From positions 1 to 64,000 of IMG/VR virus record IMGVR_UViG_3300050821_009835: DNA of 64,000 bases; one strand, 5' to 3'. The position numbers were made by a program, and so were the translations under genes. A model generated the notes under the pieces. That model saw nothing but the letters and a program-made list of their open reading frames with translations. It ran no database searches and was not told the DNA's origin. Of the stretch, positions 39,492 to 50,051 are shown piece by piece (position 1 is the first letter of the stretch; the number at the start of each line of letters is the position of its first letter).

Positions 39492-40402
39492 TGAGCGGAA
39501 AACCCAATCCAGAAGAAGTAAAGGAATTAGTAAAAGCACTTAATCAGGTTACATGGGCTCGCGAGCGCATTGCCGCAGTTACGGCGGAAATCAATGGTTA
39601 TGCAGCTCAACTTCGAGCATACGAAATAAAACTATCCACAGCCCAACAAAAGGTACAGGACTGCTTGAATTCTATGGATGTAAGTCGTCCGGGTAACATC
39701 GGATGGGAACAGCGACAACTCGCTCTTCTATCTTTGATGGCGCAACGAATGTAGCTGCCTCTCCTCTTCCTCCCGTAGATTGTGAGCGAGGGAATTATGT
39801 CAACCGCAGCAGTAAGTCGCAAAAGCCTAGTTCTGCCCGTTGGCGTTAAACTGAAGAGATTCTCGCTGTTTGACGCAGTGTTTGGGTGCAGTCATAATTG
39901 GAGTTGGCCCCTTACGTTGAGGTCGCAGACGTACCCAAAACCCTATGATGCGTATCAGACTTGCGTAAATTGCGGGGCTGAACGGTATTTCAGGACAGAT
40001 ACAGCTCAGGGTGGTCCACTTTTTAGAAAGGTATAGTATGACTCTACTCAGGTGCATCAAGTGTAACCGCGTACTCACTCGCCGTATGAAGTTCATCTTC
40101 GTGGGTCACAGCCCGATCTGTGACACGGCCACAGGTTGTCCAAAGAAGGAATTGAAATGACCAACGAGAACCCGAGAATGAAGAACCACAACCGTAACCA
40201 GTATCAGCTTCGGCAGCCACTGCCCAAGGGTGCTGCTGCTGAAATCCTGTCCAAAACTCGTGAATTTATCGAGTTCTTAGACAGCACTAAAACCACCACA
40301 CATCCTGTAATTCGCTCCCTACGAAACAGCGCAGAATTGCAGTTGGGAAGTTTGGTTGGATTGGTCGAGGCCGAACGCTGGAGGGAGGAACATCCCAGGT
40401 GA
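39491..40402 (+). CDS. Run of small hypothetical ORFs (39491-39754 coiled-coil; 39782-40036 Cys/His; 40157-40402)
   Basis: Coupled ORFs; no family recognised. Confidence 0.5.
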
Positions 40403-41052
40403 GTAAATCGTTTTCGGCGAGCAGAGGAACGCAAGAGCGAATTCTAATGAGGACACTGCCCGCGAGTCAATCTCGATTTCAAAACATTTATCTTTTTCAT
40501 GACAGAGGAGGTTCGCCCGACGGTGCTGTTTTAAATCTTGAAGCAATTCTCCAACATGCCTTTTATGATGTTAAATTCTGGCGGCCCGACTTTCCTCATC
40601 GGGACCTAGGAGTAAAAGCTGAAGAGTCTCTTGATTATGCTATTCTACAATATCGTAAAGAAATTATCCCCAATTCCTTGATTGTGGGAATTGGGCTAGG
40701 GGGTTTAATCGCAGCCAAACTCCAAGAGTTGAGCCCTCATTTAAACTTGAGCGTTATCACTCTGATGTCACCTATGCACGCGGGTGTTGTGTCTCTGGAA
40801 GAGAAAAATAAACAACGAATTGCTTTTTATTCCAAAGAAGACCCCGAAGCTCTGTATCACTCAGATTGGCCATTTGCTGAAACTTTCGATTTGCCTATGC
40901 TTCGTTATCACGAAATTAACAATTGCAAGTATGCAATTTGTTATTTAATCGTCACCTACATCCAAGGTAAGGGATTGACCGAGGCAGTAAACAATTTGTT
41001 TCCTCCAAACAAAGATTTTGTAACCGAACCTTTGAACTTAGCTAAAATCTAG
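40399..41052 (+). CDS. Alpha/beta-hydrolase-fold (YqiA-like) protein lacking the nucleophile Ser
   Basis: YLFH..GGSPDG, LIVGIGLGGLIAA (in place of GxSxGG), ITLMSP. Confidence 0.55.
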   Translation: MSKSFSASRGTQERILMRTLPASQSRFQNIYLFHDRGGSPDGAVLNLEAILQHAFYDVKFWRPDFPHRDLGVKAEESLDYAILQYRKEIIPNSLIVGIGLGGLIAAKLQELSPHLNLSVITLMSPMHAGVVSLEEKNKQRIAFYSKEDPEALYHSDWPFAETFDLPMLRYHEINNCKYAICYLIVTYIQGKGLTEAVNNLFPPNKDFVTEPLNLAKI

Positions 41053-41064
41053 TTTCTTGCCGTA

Positions 41065-41115
41065 GATTCAAACATGGATTCAAACATGGATTCAAACATG
41101 GATTCAAACATGGAT
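41065..41115 (+). repeat. 12-bp tandem repeat (GATTCAAACATG)x4 plus GAT
   Basis: Four perfect units read directly from the sequence. Confidence 0.95.
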
Positions 41116-41409
41116 ATCACACACCTTCCTGAAGCTCTCTATCTACAGGGTGAACGCGAAGCAGAATTCGAAGAAATCCGTCAGGAGACTGTTTATGCCT
41201 AAGAAGCCCGTCATTCTTGTACCCGGAATTGTGCAAGGCGCTAGGAAATATTTTCGAAAGTCCTGCTACATCCGAGAAACTATGAGCAGAGGTAAACTGG
41301 TGATTCGAGTAGTTGTGGTAGGCTTCATTCTGCTGGCGAAGATTATGACACCAAGTTACATGATTAGTCTGCTTCTCATATTTGAATTGATTCGCACTAA
41401 CGCTATCTA

Positions 41410-44356
41410 ATGGAAAATCGAGAAGAAGTCGAACGCATTTGTCATGAAGCCGTGCAAAATTACAATGGACTTGTGCATGCACGTAGCTATGAACAAGATC
41501 TGCGTCTTCTTCTAGACATCCAAGTTCAAGGCGTACAATTCCTGGAACGGCAAGCAGAAGAGTACAACCGGCAGATTCGCGCTTTAGGTTTCCACGACAT
41601 AGGTCATGCAAGGACAATTCTTCAACGAGAGGATAATCATGAAAACGTACACAACCATTGAAGTTAAACAGAGTCATATAAATCGGGGTTACAGTCACGT
41701 TGATGACCCAAATAATTGCATCATCACTTTGGCTGTACGTGCAGCTTTTCGAGGGTGCGGCGTTTCCTGTGGTTACGACTATGTCACCATTAATGGCGTA
41801 GATTGTGGTCTACCTTTTGCTGCTCGGAAATTGCAGAGCCGTATTTTTGGTGGTCCTGTTAAAGCTCCGGTCAAGCGAGGCGACATAAAGCCTTTCAAGT
41901 TTCGCCTCCCGATTACAAGAAAGCAGTTGGAGAATGCTGCACTCTGAATTCGTTTGCATGTATTGTGATCCGCCTCCAGATTTAGAAAATTTGGAGACGA
42001 AGATGATGTCTTGCCACATCTGTCAGAAGTCAACCTGGCATTGGAGTAAGACAATCGACCCTCTGGAACCGCGCCGGGGAGTGGTTACCGTCAGCATGTG
42101 GGGAGGCAGCAATGCTAAAAAACACTAAGTTAAAGACAACTAGCAACGCGCCTGCGCCTAAGCGCGAAAAATCTCATCCGCTCCTCACGTGGGTCATCGA
42201 GGAGGATGCTGGCATCCTTGTCATCGAACCCTCCTGCGTCAACACTGACTATGCCAACGGTGACTCTCAGGGTCATGAGATCACCTTCCACAGTTTCGCT
42301 GATGCGCGGCGTCAGCTTTTCCACCTGATCTCCGAACTGAACGAAATCGAGTACAACGCCGATCCCTACTTTTGCGATCATTGTCTGGCGCAGGGAGTGG
42401 AGACCAAGCTCCCTTACGAGATCACGCAGACTGAGGATTGGGATTGCCCTGTCTGTAACTGTCCAAACATGGGAGGCTAAATGTCGCGAAAGCTACTAAA
42501 AGCGAACGGTAGAAACTACCCGTTTGTTCGGTCCCATCCGTAGATTAACTACGGAGGGAACACAATGACGGCAACTTCAGCACAGATCAATCAACTCCTG
42601 CGGCACGTCGCAGAAGCCATCATCGAGTCCGTTAGGGAAGCTGGCCCGATGGGTGCTCCCGGTGGAAGTCTCTACGCAGCGATGATGACTCACGGTTTCT
42701 CCCTTGACAATTTCAATCAAATCATGTCTGGTCTTGTGTCTGCTGGTATGTTGGAAAAGCGCGGTCAACTGTACTTCGCGAAAGGAGTAAAGTAATGACT
42801 CCGATTCAGAAAAATTTCTATCGAATTGCAAAATTGATGGTGGAGACGCGCCTTTTAGCTGCAAAGCAAGGTGCAGCCTACCGCGCTGAGGGCAACTTAC
42901 CTATCGCTCGTTCTTACGAGCACATAGCTCATGATCTTCAAGACAATATGGGCGGGAATTCTTTGCAATCTTTGGTCAGACACCTTGAAAGTGAGCAAGA
43001 TGGCATTTACAAGCCTAGTTTTACTGTTACCGAAGATGAGATTCAGGCCGATATGACCAATGTATTGCGCTATGTCAATTCGCATCGTTCTCCTGAAAAG
43101 TCTCGTTTGATGGACGAATACATTCTGGGTATTAAGCCGAAGCAGAGTCGTGAAGAATTGCAAGCGGAATGGACAGAGCAGTTCGGGGAACACACTGAAT
43201 GTAAAGAATGTGGTACTCAGTGTGAAATGCTGTTCATGGAGGGAAAATGAAATCCACCCAATTCACGCCGAGTACACATGTGCGCATCTACATAGAACTT
43301 TTAGTCTACAACTACGATGCTTCGCCTCGCCATCAACGAGTTGAATACACTTGTGTCTCTGAAGAACGAGCCAAGTCAAAGGCGGACCGTCTGAAGAAAC
43401 TTATTGGGCACTGGGGTGATTCCAGTAATAGAACAGACCGTTGGCTGACAGAGCATATGGGCATCTATGGGTTCATTGAGCAAGTCGAGGGAATCTTCCG
43501 TCAAATTACAACTCGAATCGAATAACCGATAACAGAACTGTAAGCGTAGAATATCTACATGAGTACCAGACAGGAAACGGTAGGACGGCACGGACTCCTT
43601 GCCGACTACATCTTTAAAGGCCAATACTTTGATGCAGGCCTCCAATCGAAGATGCGGTGCTCCGTGTGCGGCGCAGACCTCAGGTTCTGCTACATTCTGA
43701 AAGAGAATACTTCAGACCGTCCTACCCCCTCCAAACTAACTATCGGGCAAGAATGCTTTCGCCTTTTCAAAGGCGAAGTCTTGATTCAACTCCGAGCAGC
43801 AGCGGTGCTTCTTGAAAATGCCGTTGTAGCGGAAGCACGCGACAAGAAAATCTTCGTTCCGCAAATAGAAGTTCGATCACGCCGAGACACTTGGCGTCAA
43901 CTGAAACGCCGTGCTTTGGACGTAATTCGCGAATACAAGTCCAAAACCGGGAAAGAATGGCTTCCTGAAGATCTCTTCTACCTGAAAATTGCAGCCGAAC
44001 AAACCCCCGTTGAATTTAAACGTGCTAAGAGTGCCATTCGATGGTTTGAGAAAACTACTTTACTTCTGGAAGAAAAACTTGCAATTGTCACCCAATAGGG
44101 TATATCAGTAGATATGGGCAATGCAAGCTTGCAAGTTCGTGTTAACGGCGTTCCTGCTTCTAAGCTGACGTTACGTCGTCAGATGTGTTCTGGTTACCCA
44201 GATGGCCCTTGGGAAGTTGTAGTAACCGATCCTGTTTTAGGGTCGTTTGCTATTAGCGACGATTTTAATATTGAGGTAAAGCAGCGCGGGCAACCCTGGC
44301 GCAAAATTCTTGTTGCTGAACTTTTAACCATTCTTAATATTGGGATTTCCCACTAG
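41410..44356 (+). CDS. Dense run of small phage hypothetical ORFs (41410-41661, 41639-41947, 41934-42128, 42112-42480, 42565-42795, 42795-43250, 43247-43525, 43559-44098, 44114-44356)
   Basis: Overlapping or abutting starts and stops, several CxxC motifs; 42565-42795 looks winged-helix-like. Confidence 0.55.
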
Positions 44357-44364
44357 GAGTCAAT

Positions 44365-44562
44365 ATGAGTTACGGGGAAGAAGACTACTACGAAGAAGAC
44401 GAAGAGTATTACGAAGATGAGGATGGCTGCGAATACCGTGAGCTTGAAATCGGTGAGAACGGGCGCATTCAGCGTGGCGTAGTACAGGAAGAGGAAGACT
44501 TTATCGACGACGAAGAGGATTACGAGAAAGACGAAGAGGATTACGAGAAAGACGAAGAATAA
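44365..44562 (+). CDS. Hyper-acidic 65-aa protein
   Basis: 34 of 65 residues are D/E and 8 are Tyr; TAGGAG RBS. Confidence 0.7.
   Translation: MSYGEEDYYEEDEEYYEDEDGCEYRELEIGENGRIQRGVVQEEEDFIDDEEDYEKDEEDYEKDEE
44509..44559 (+). repeat. 21-bp tandem repeat x2.4 encoding DEEDYEK
   Basis: GACGAAGAGGATTACGAGAAA twice, then GACGAAGAA. Confidence 0.9.
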
Positions 44563-44676
44563 GATTCGTTCTGGTCGTATCTGAAATACGAGAAAGAAGA
44601 TCTGAATTTATTGACGCTCAAGCTAAAGAAAAAGGGATTGAAGTTTGGACAAAAGAAAAACACTCAAAGAGGGAAC

Positions 44677-46509
44677 ATGAAGGTATCAAAGGAACTAGCA
44701 GATGTGTTGAAACAGGCGAGTGAAGAAGTTGAAAAATGGCCTCAGTGGAAACGCAGCCTTGATCCAATCGGGGACAAATCCCAAGGTGTGCCCCCGTATT
44801 CGATGGATGCACGCAATGATTTAAGAAAGATGGGACGATAGAAACCTCCTCTACGGGGTCAAAATCAAATCATGACCAAATCTCGTCAATATCTACTTGA
44901 AATTCTATTGTTCCTCGTTGTTGCTATATGTGGTTATCAAATTGACATGGCTATGTTAACGAGGTATTCCAGCCATGAACAGGGAGCTCTTAATGCCTTG
45001 GTTCCAAAAATTGAGCAAAAACAACAAATGGCTCCAGAGTTGAAAAAGACTCTCCCGAAGAAATCTTTCTCCCCTAAATCGGAAGATCCGCACTTAGATT
45101 TTCATCCTGTTGTTCCCTATGCATCTTCTAATGATGGACGCGATTTAGCCCCATCACCCGTTCCGCAGTGTGTCGAAGCTGGGAACACTTGGATGGAACC
45201 TCAGTGTTTTCGGGTATTCAGTAGCATATGATCGATCAGGAAAAACAATCATCAGAAGCTGAGATCAAGGGAATTTGCCATACGGATGCTGAATGTAAGC
45301 AAATGTACAAAGACTTGACTCCTGAGATCAAAGCCCCGGCAATGGCTATGTTGGTTAACGAATTGAAGCCAGCCACCGAGCAAATTCAGAAAGCCTACAA
45401 CGCTGAACCGAATGGATGGTCAGTAAACTACCACTTCAGTTGGGGCATGGCGGTTCGAAATCTTCTTCGTGAGAAGGGGTACGGCGAAGAGTATTTCGGC
45501 GTGCATAACTTGGATGATATCTATGTCGCACTGGTCGAAGAAGCTCTGAATCTAGGAGGCTCGCATGAAAGCAGCGGAAGCAAGAACACAGGCAACATCG
45601 ATCCATCGTAAAGAAGCTGCTAAGAAGTCTGCTGCGCTCAAGAAGCGCCGTGCGGCTCTCAGGATTTCCGTTCCACGCCTCCGCGCCGAACGCATCAAGA
45701 AAATCGAGAAGGAGTTCCGCGACAGCATCAAGTATGCTGTGGAAACTGGAGCAAAAGAGACGACCATCTGTCTCTCTTCTGACCACCATGATCTCCTGCG
45801 CGGGCAGTACAAGTATCTTCCGACCAAAGTCACGGGATACGACACGTCTTACTATCAGAGACGAGAGATTCGTACTTGGTATCATGCTTGGGGTGCGGGT
45901 TATCTCAAGTATGCTCCGTGGGGCAAGTACGTCAAGATCGTGTTGGCGAAGCTCCGGTGCGACGGGTTCAAGTGTGAAGTTACTGATCAGAATACGCAGC
46001 ATGATGACTCCGCTGCTTACCTGAACAGTGGCGGCGAGTGTGGTTCCGAAGAGATTTACTACACAAGAGATACAATCCTGACGATCAAGTGGTGATTTAT
46101 GGGAGACACGGCGTTGGTTAACAATCGTGGACCAGTAGAAAATGTAGCAGCTTATTACAAGGCTCTCGTCCAGGATCTTCGTCGTAAGAAGCAGCTCCGC
46201 CTTGATGGTGAAGCCACGGACCATATTTGGTTGATGGAAGATCGCCCTGGTCTTATCGGTATTCGAATGGACTGTGGGGATTCGGGCGTGGTTTACGTTA
46301 CACCATCTCAGGCAAAAGATCTTGCCACACAATTAACATGTGTGTTGCGGCAAATGACCCCTCAACCTTTTGTTGGCGGGGCGCGAGCTAATCCCAGTGC
46401 TGTGGCAGTTGTTGGTCAGATCATTGCTGGCAATATCGTTCAATGCGCAAAGTGCTATAACGAAGAAGGTTCATTTTCCTGCATTCGACCCGCGCATCAA
46501 TCACAGTAA
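44677..46509 (+). CDS. Five hypothetical ORFs (44677-44841; 44872-45231 with N-terminal TM; 45228-45611 with HFSWGMAVRN, DUF6794-like; 45565-46095; 46099-46509)
   Basis: Coupled ORFs with RBSs. The DUF6794 resemblance is from memory of a motif only. Confidence 0.5.
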
Positions 46510-46517
46510 TAGACAGA

Positions 46518-49500
46518 ATGCCTGAAGAGCTTCTCCAATGTCCATTAGTCACTGAGTACACAAAACTCATTGGCTTGAATTCGGACATGTTAGAGAAGCT
46601 CTTCGTTTTGCGGCAGTGGAATATAGAAGACAAGACTAACCCTATTCCTTTTAACTGGCCCTCTCTTCTTCGTAAGGAACTCTCACCTGGCGTTCCATTA
46701 GACCTCCGTCAATACCAAATCCAGCAAGTACACCATCTCTGTCGTATGCCTCGCTTTATTGATGGGGATAGCGTGGGTTTGGGAAAAACTATCGAAGCTA
46801 TCGCGGCAGCAACTTGGATCAAGGAACGATTCCCGAAAGCTAAAATAGTTATCCTCGCGACGAAGTCAACAACATGGCAGTGGTTCGATGAAATTATCCG
46901 CTTCAGCTATCTGCAGCCCTATGTCATGCGAGACACCTACAAAGGCATTAGTGGGCATAATGCTCGTTTGGCTCAGATGATGGCATTTCTTGAAGACACT
47001 AGTAAAAAAGACGTAATGATCTGCAAGTACAGCAGCCTTATAGGAAAACGCCGAATTGTTACGGATAAAGATGGTGTTCAACATAAGGAATTGGTTTCGC
47101 AAGAAATCAAAGCCATGGCGACCATCTTTAAGCAACATGGTAATAACATCATCCTGATTACGGACGAATGTCAAAAATACAAAGGCCCAGGAACTTCCAT
47201 TCGCAAACTAGTCATGGCCTTAGCCCGATATGCTGGAAAAACCTGGGCATTGTCGGCTACCGTTATCAAAAACGATCTTTCTGAATTCTACAACATCGCT
47301 TATGCCATCGGTATTCGTCCTTTGGGAGACCTTGCAGATTTTGCTGAAAATCATTGCAACTTCTACGACCAACACATCGGGGGAGGGCGATTTATTCCCG
47401 TTCTTTCGGGCTATAAGAACGTTGCTAGGTTCAAAGAGCAGCTCCGCCCCTTTTTTCTTGGACGCTCTCAAAAGCAAGTGAAAGAGCCCCTCCCGCTACT
47501 CTCTACATTGTTTCACCCGGTTGAGTTAGATGCCAAGCAAACCAAGCTCTTGTTGGAAGATATTCCTAACGGGACCTTCCAACTCCCACCCGCAATTATC
47601 AAAGAAGCCGGGCAGATTTTTGAAAAAGAACGTGACCCCAACAACCAGATGACCATGTTGTCTGTTCAGCAATTAGTTGCCAATCATTGGGCATTGATTG
47701 ATCGCTATGATGAAAAAACTTTCCACACTACGACCTTGTCCCCTAAAGAAGAGGCTCTATTAGACATGCTGGATGGGGATTTTCGCGATGAAAAAGTCAT
47801 TGCTTTTGCTCAACCTCTCTCTGCTAAAATCCTCACTCCTACTGGATGGAAGACTATGGGCAAAATAAGGATCGGAGACGCTGTGGTAGACCCCGACGGC
47901 GGTGTGGGTTATGTGGAAGGAGTATATCCTCAAGGAGAGAAAGAAATTTTTCGGGTCACGACTAAGAGTCGAGCTTCTACTGAGGTTACTGGGGATCATC
48001 TGTGGTTGTATCAAACACCATATGGACGAGATCATGGAATTTGGAAAGTGCGTTCCACATATCAGATTCTAAAAAAAGGACTCCAAAGAATAGATAAAAC
48101 AGGGAGAGATAATCAATATCATAAGGCGTTCCTTCCTCTTCCTGGCCCCACAGAATTCTGTTCCCACACATTTTTACCAATTCCCCCTTACACATTGGGT
48201 GTGCTTTTAGGAGATGGTGACATCTCTAGCGGAGGTGTAACGTTTGGGGTGGAAGATGGAGAAATCGCAGATAGAGTAGGCAAGGAGTGTTTAGAAGGAA
48301 TCGAGCTTAGAAATCATGGCGGGCAAAGTGGTTCCCCGAAATGCATAGGTTATAGTTTGTCCACAACTGTCCCCACCAAAAAAGACCATAGAGGTTACAA
48401 TGTTGGTCAAAATAACCGCTATCTCAATTCGCTACGAGATCTTGGTCTTTGTCAGCCTTCTAACAAAAAATTTATTCCCCGAATTTATTTGCAGGCCTCC
48501 CTACAAGATAGGATAGAGCTATTGCGCGGCTATCTGGATACAGATGGCTGCTGTACAAAAGGAGGGTGTGTTTCTTCAGGATCGGTGTCTAAGCAGCTTT
48601 CCTTAGATGTAGCTGAATTAGTGCGCTCCTTGGGAGGTTTAGCTTATTTCAATGGGCCAATCCAGAACTTTTATAATCATCAAGGAATTAGAAAACAAGG
48701 ACAGGACAGTTGGGACCTTGTCGTCCAAGTTCCGTTTAATCCATTCTATTTAGAACGCAAAGCGCGACGATGGAAACCTGCGGCAAATCCTTTAAATCCA
48801 ATTCATACCATCGAATTAGTAGGCCAAACCGAAGTCCAATGCATAAAAGTGTCTACAAAACGATCCTTGTATATCACCGATGATTATATTGTGACACACA
48901 ATACTAAATATCGAAGTTGGATTGATCGTCTTGAATGGCTTACTAAGAATGGGCACTTTACAAAACGGGAATTCTTGCGCATTACTGGAGCTGAAGACGA
49001 GAAACAACGGAGAGTTTCTAAGGCGCTATTTCAAGATCCAGAATCTAAGCACGATCTGATTGTTCTCAACAGTGCGGGCATCGAAGGCATTAATCTCCAA
49101 CAAGCTGCACACATGCTCTGTCTTGATCTGCCCTGGTCTTGGGGCGACCTTATCCAGTTGGTGGGTCGGATGGTCCGCATGGCTTCTCCACATTCAGCGT
49201 GCACTCTTCATGTATTGATATCTAAGGGCACAATTGATGAATACACCGTAGAAACTTTAAAGGGCAAAAAGGGGGTCTTTGAGAAAATCCTTGGGGAATC
49301 TCATTCAGCAGGTATCTTAGATGATAGGCTGTTACACGACCTTGATTCTGGCATGGAACATGTAGGTTCAGATGCAGAATTTAAGTCTATGCTTCACGCT
49401 CATTGTCGCTCCGTAGGAATGAAAAGTTTTCTTGAAGGCGATTTGATTGCTGCTGCAAGTAATGAAGATTATAAGATGATTTTTGAAAAAGGTGGCAAAG

Positions 49501-49562
49501 CAAAACGTCGCAAGCGCCGTCTTCCAACTGACGAGGAGATAGATGCAAAATGGAATCTATGA
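46518..49562 (+). CDS. SNF2/SWI2-family helicase interrupted by an intein
   Basis: GDSVGLGKT, TDECQK, LSAT, motif IV KVIAF|TKY split by the intein, AGIEGINLQ, QLVGRMVR. Confidence 0.9.
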   Translation: MPEELLQCPLVTEYTKLIGLNSDMLEKLFVLRQWNIEDKTNPIPFNWPSLLRKELSPGVPLDLRQYQIQQVHHLCRMPRFIDGDSVGLGKTIEAIAAATWIKERFPKAKIVILATKSTTWQWFDEIIRFSYLQPYVMRDTYKGISGHNARLAQMMAFLEDTSKKDVMICKYSSLIGKRRIVTDKDGVQHKELVSQEIKAMATIFKQHGNNIILITDECQKYKGPGTSIRKLVMALARYAGKTWALSATVIKNDLSEFYNIAYAIGIRPLGDLADFAENHCNFYDQHIGGGRFIPVLSGYKNVARFKEQLRPFFLGRSQKQVKEPLPLLSTLFHPVELDAKQTKLLLEDIPNGTFQLPPAIIKEAGQIFEKERDPNNQMTMLSVQQLVANHWALIDRYDEKTFHTTTLSPKEEALLDMLDGDFRDEKVIAFAQPLSAKILTPTGWKTMGKIRIGDAVVDPDGGVGYVEGVYPQGEKEIFRVTTKSRASTEVTGDHLWLYQTPYGRDHGIWKVRSTYQILKKGLQRIDKTGRDNQYHKAFLPLPGPTEFCSHTFLPIPPYTLGVLLGDGDISSGGVTFGVEDGEIADRVGKECLEGIELRNHGGQSGSPKCIGYSLSTTVPTKKDHRGYNVGQNNRYLNSLRDLGLCQPSNKKFIPRIYLQASLQDRIELLRGYLDTDGCCTKGGCVSSGSVSKQLSLDVAELVRSLGGLAYFNGPIQNFYNHQGIRKQGQDSWDLVVQVPFNPFYLERKARRWKPAANPLNPIHTIELVGQTEVQCIKVSTKRSLYITDDYIVTHNTKYRSWIDRLEWLTKNGHFTKREFLRITGAEDEKQRRVSKALFQDPESKHDLIVLNSAGIEGINLQQAAHMLCLDLPWSWGDLIQLVGRMVRMASPHSACTLHVLISKGTIDEYTVETLKGKKGVFEKILGESHSAGILDDRLLHDLDSGMEHVGSDAEFKSMLHAHCRSVGMKSFLEGDLIAAASNEDYKMIFEKGGKAKRRKRRLPTDEEIDAKWNL
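47808..48902 (+). mobile_element. Class-3 (Ala-start) intein with LAGLIDADG homing endonuclease, 365 aa
   Basis: Starts AQPLSAKILTPTGW. Block B TGDHLW, block F VQCIKV, block G IVTHN followed by Thr(+1). Endonuclease motifs LGVLLGDG and LLRGYLDTDG. Confidence 0.9.
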
Positions 49563-50051
49563 ACAAACGTGACCTATTTTCAGAAGCAGTAGAAGCAGCC
49601 GAAAAGGCGAAAGCAACAGAGCCTCTAAAAAGCAAGATTGTCCGCTATGCAGGTTGGGGATTTTTCATCTTGCTCGCTTTAGGCTTGCTCATTTGGCCTG
49701 CCATGATGGGATTTTCGAAATGACCCAAATAACAGGATCATTATGCCCCAGATAACAGGGATTACTCTCAGCGTAAATTTCGGGGACAAGGAATACGGTA
49801 AAGGGTCAGATTCCTTTATGAATGCTTCTTTGAAGTGGGAGGATTCTGAAGCTCCCACTTTACTCCAGTTGGACGATGTGATCATCGATGGGCTGGACTT
49901 GTATTTTGCGGTTTGGCAAACACTTCTTGCTAGTCGTTATACGACGGGCGTCATCAATGCCGAGGAGTTTAACAAGCGCCTGGAAGCCAGTCAAAAACGT
50001 CTCAAAATGATTCGTAAATTTTACAAGAAGGAGATTTCTGAAGATCACTAA
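49559..50051 (+). CDS. Two hypothetical ORFs (49559-49723 with C-terminal TM; 49743-50051)
   Basis: The first is ATGA-coupled to the helicase. Confidence 0.5.

Noticed and set aside
41065-41115. CRISPR array
   Set aside because: 12-bp head-to-tail units with no spacers and no cas genes.
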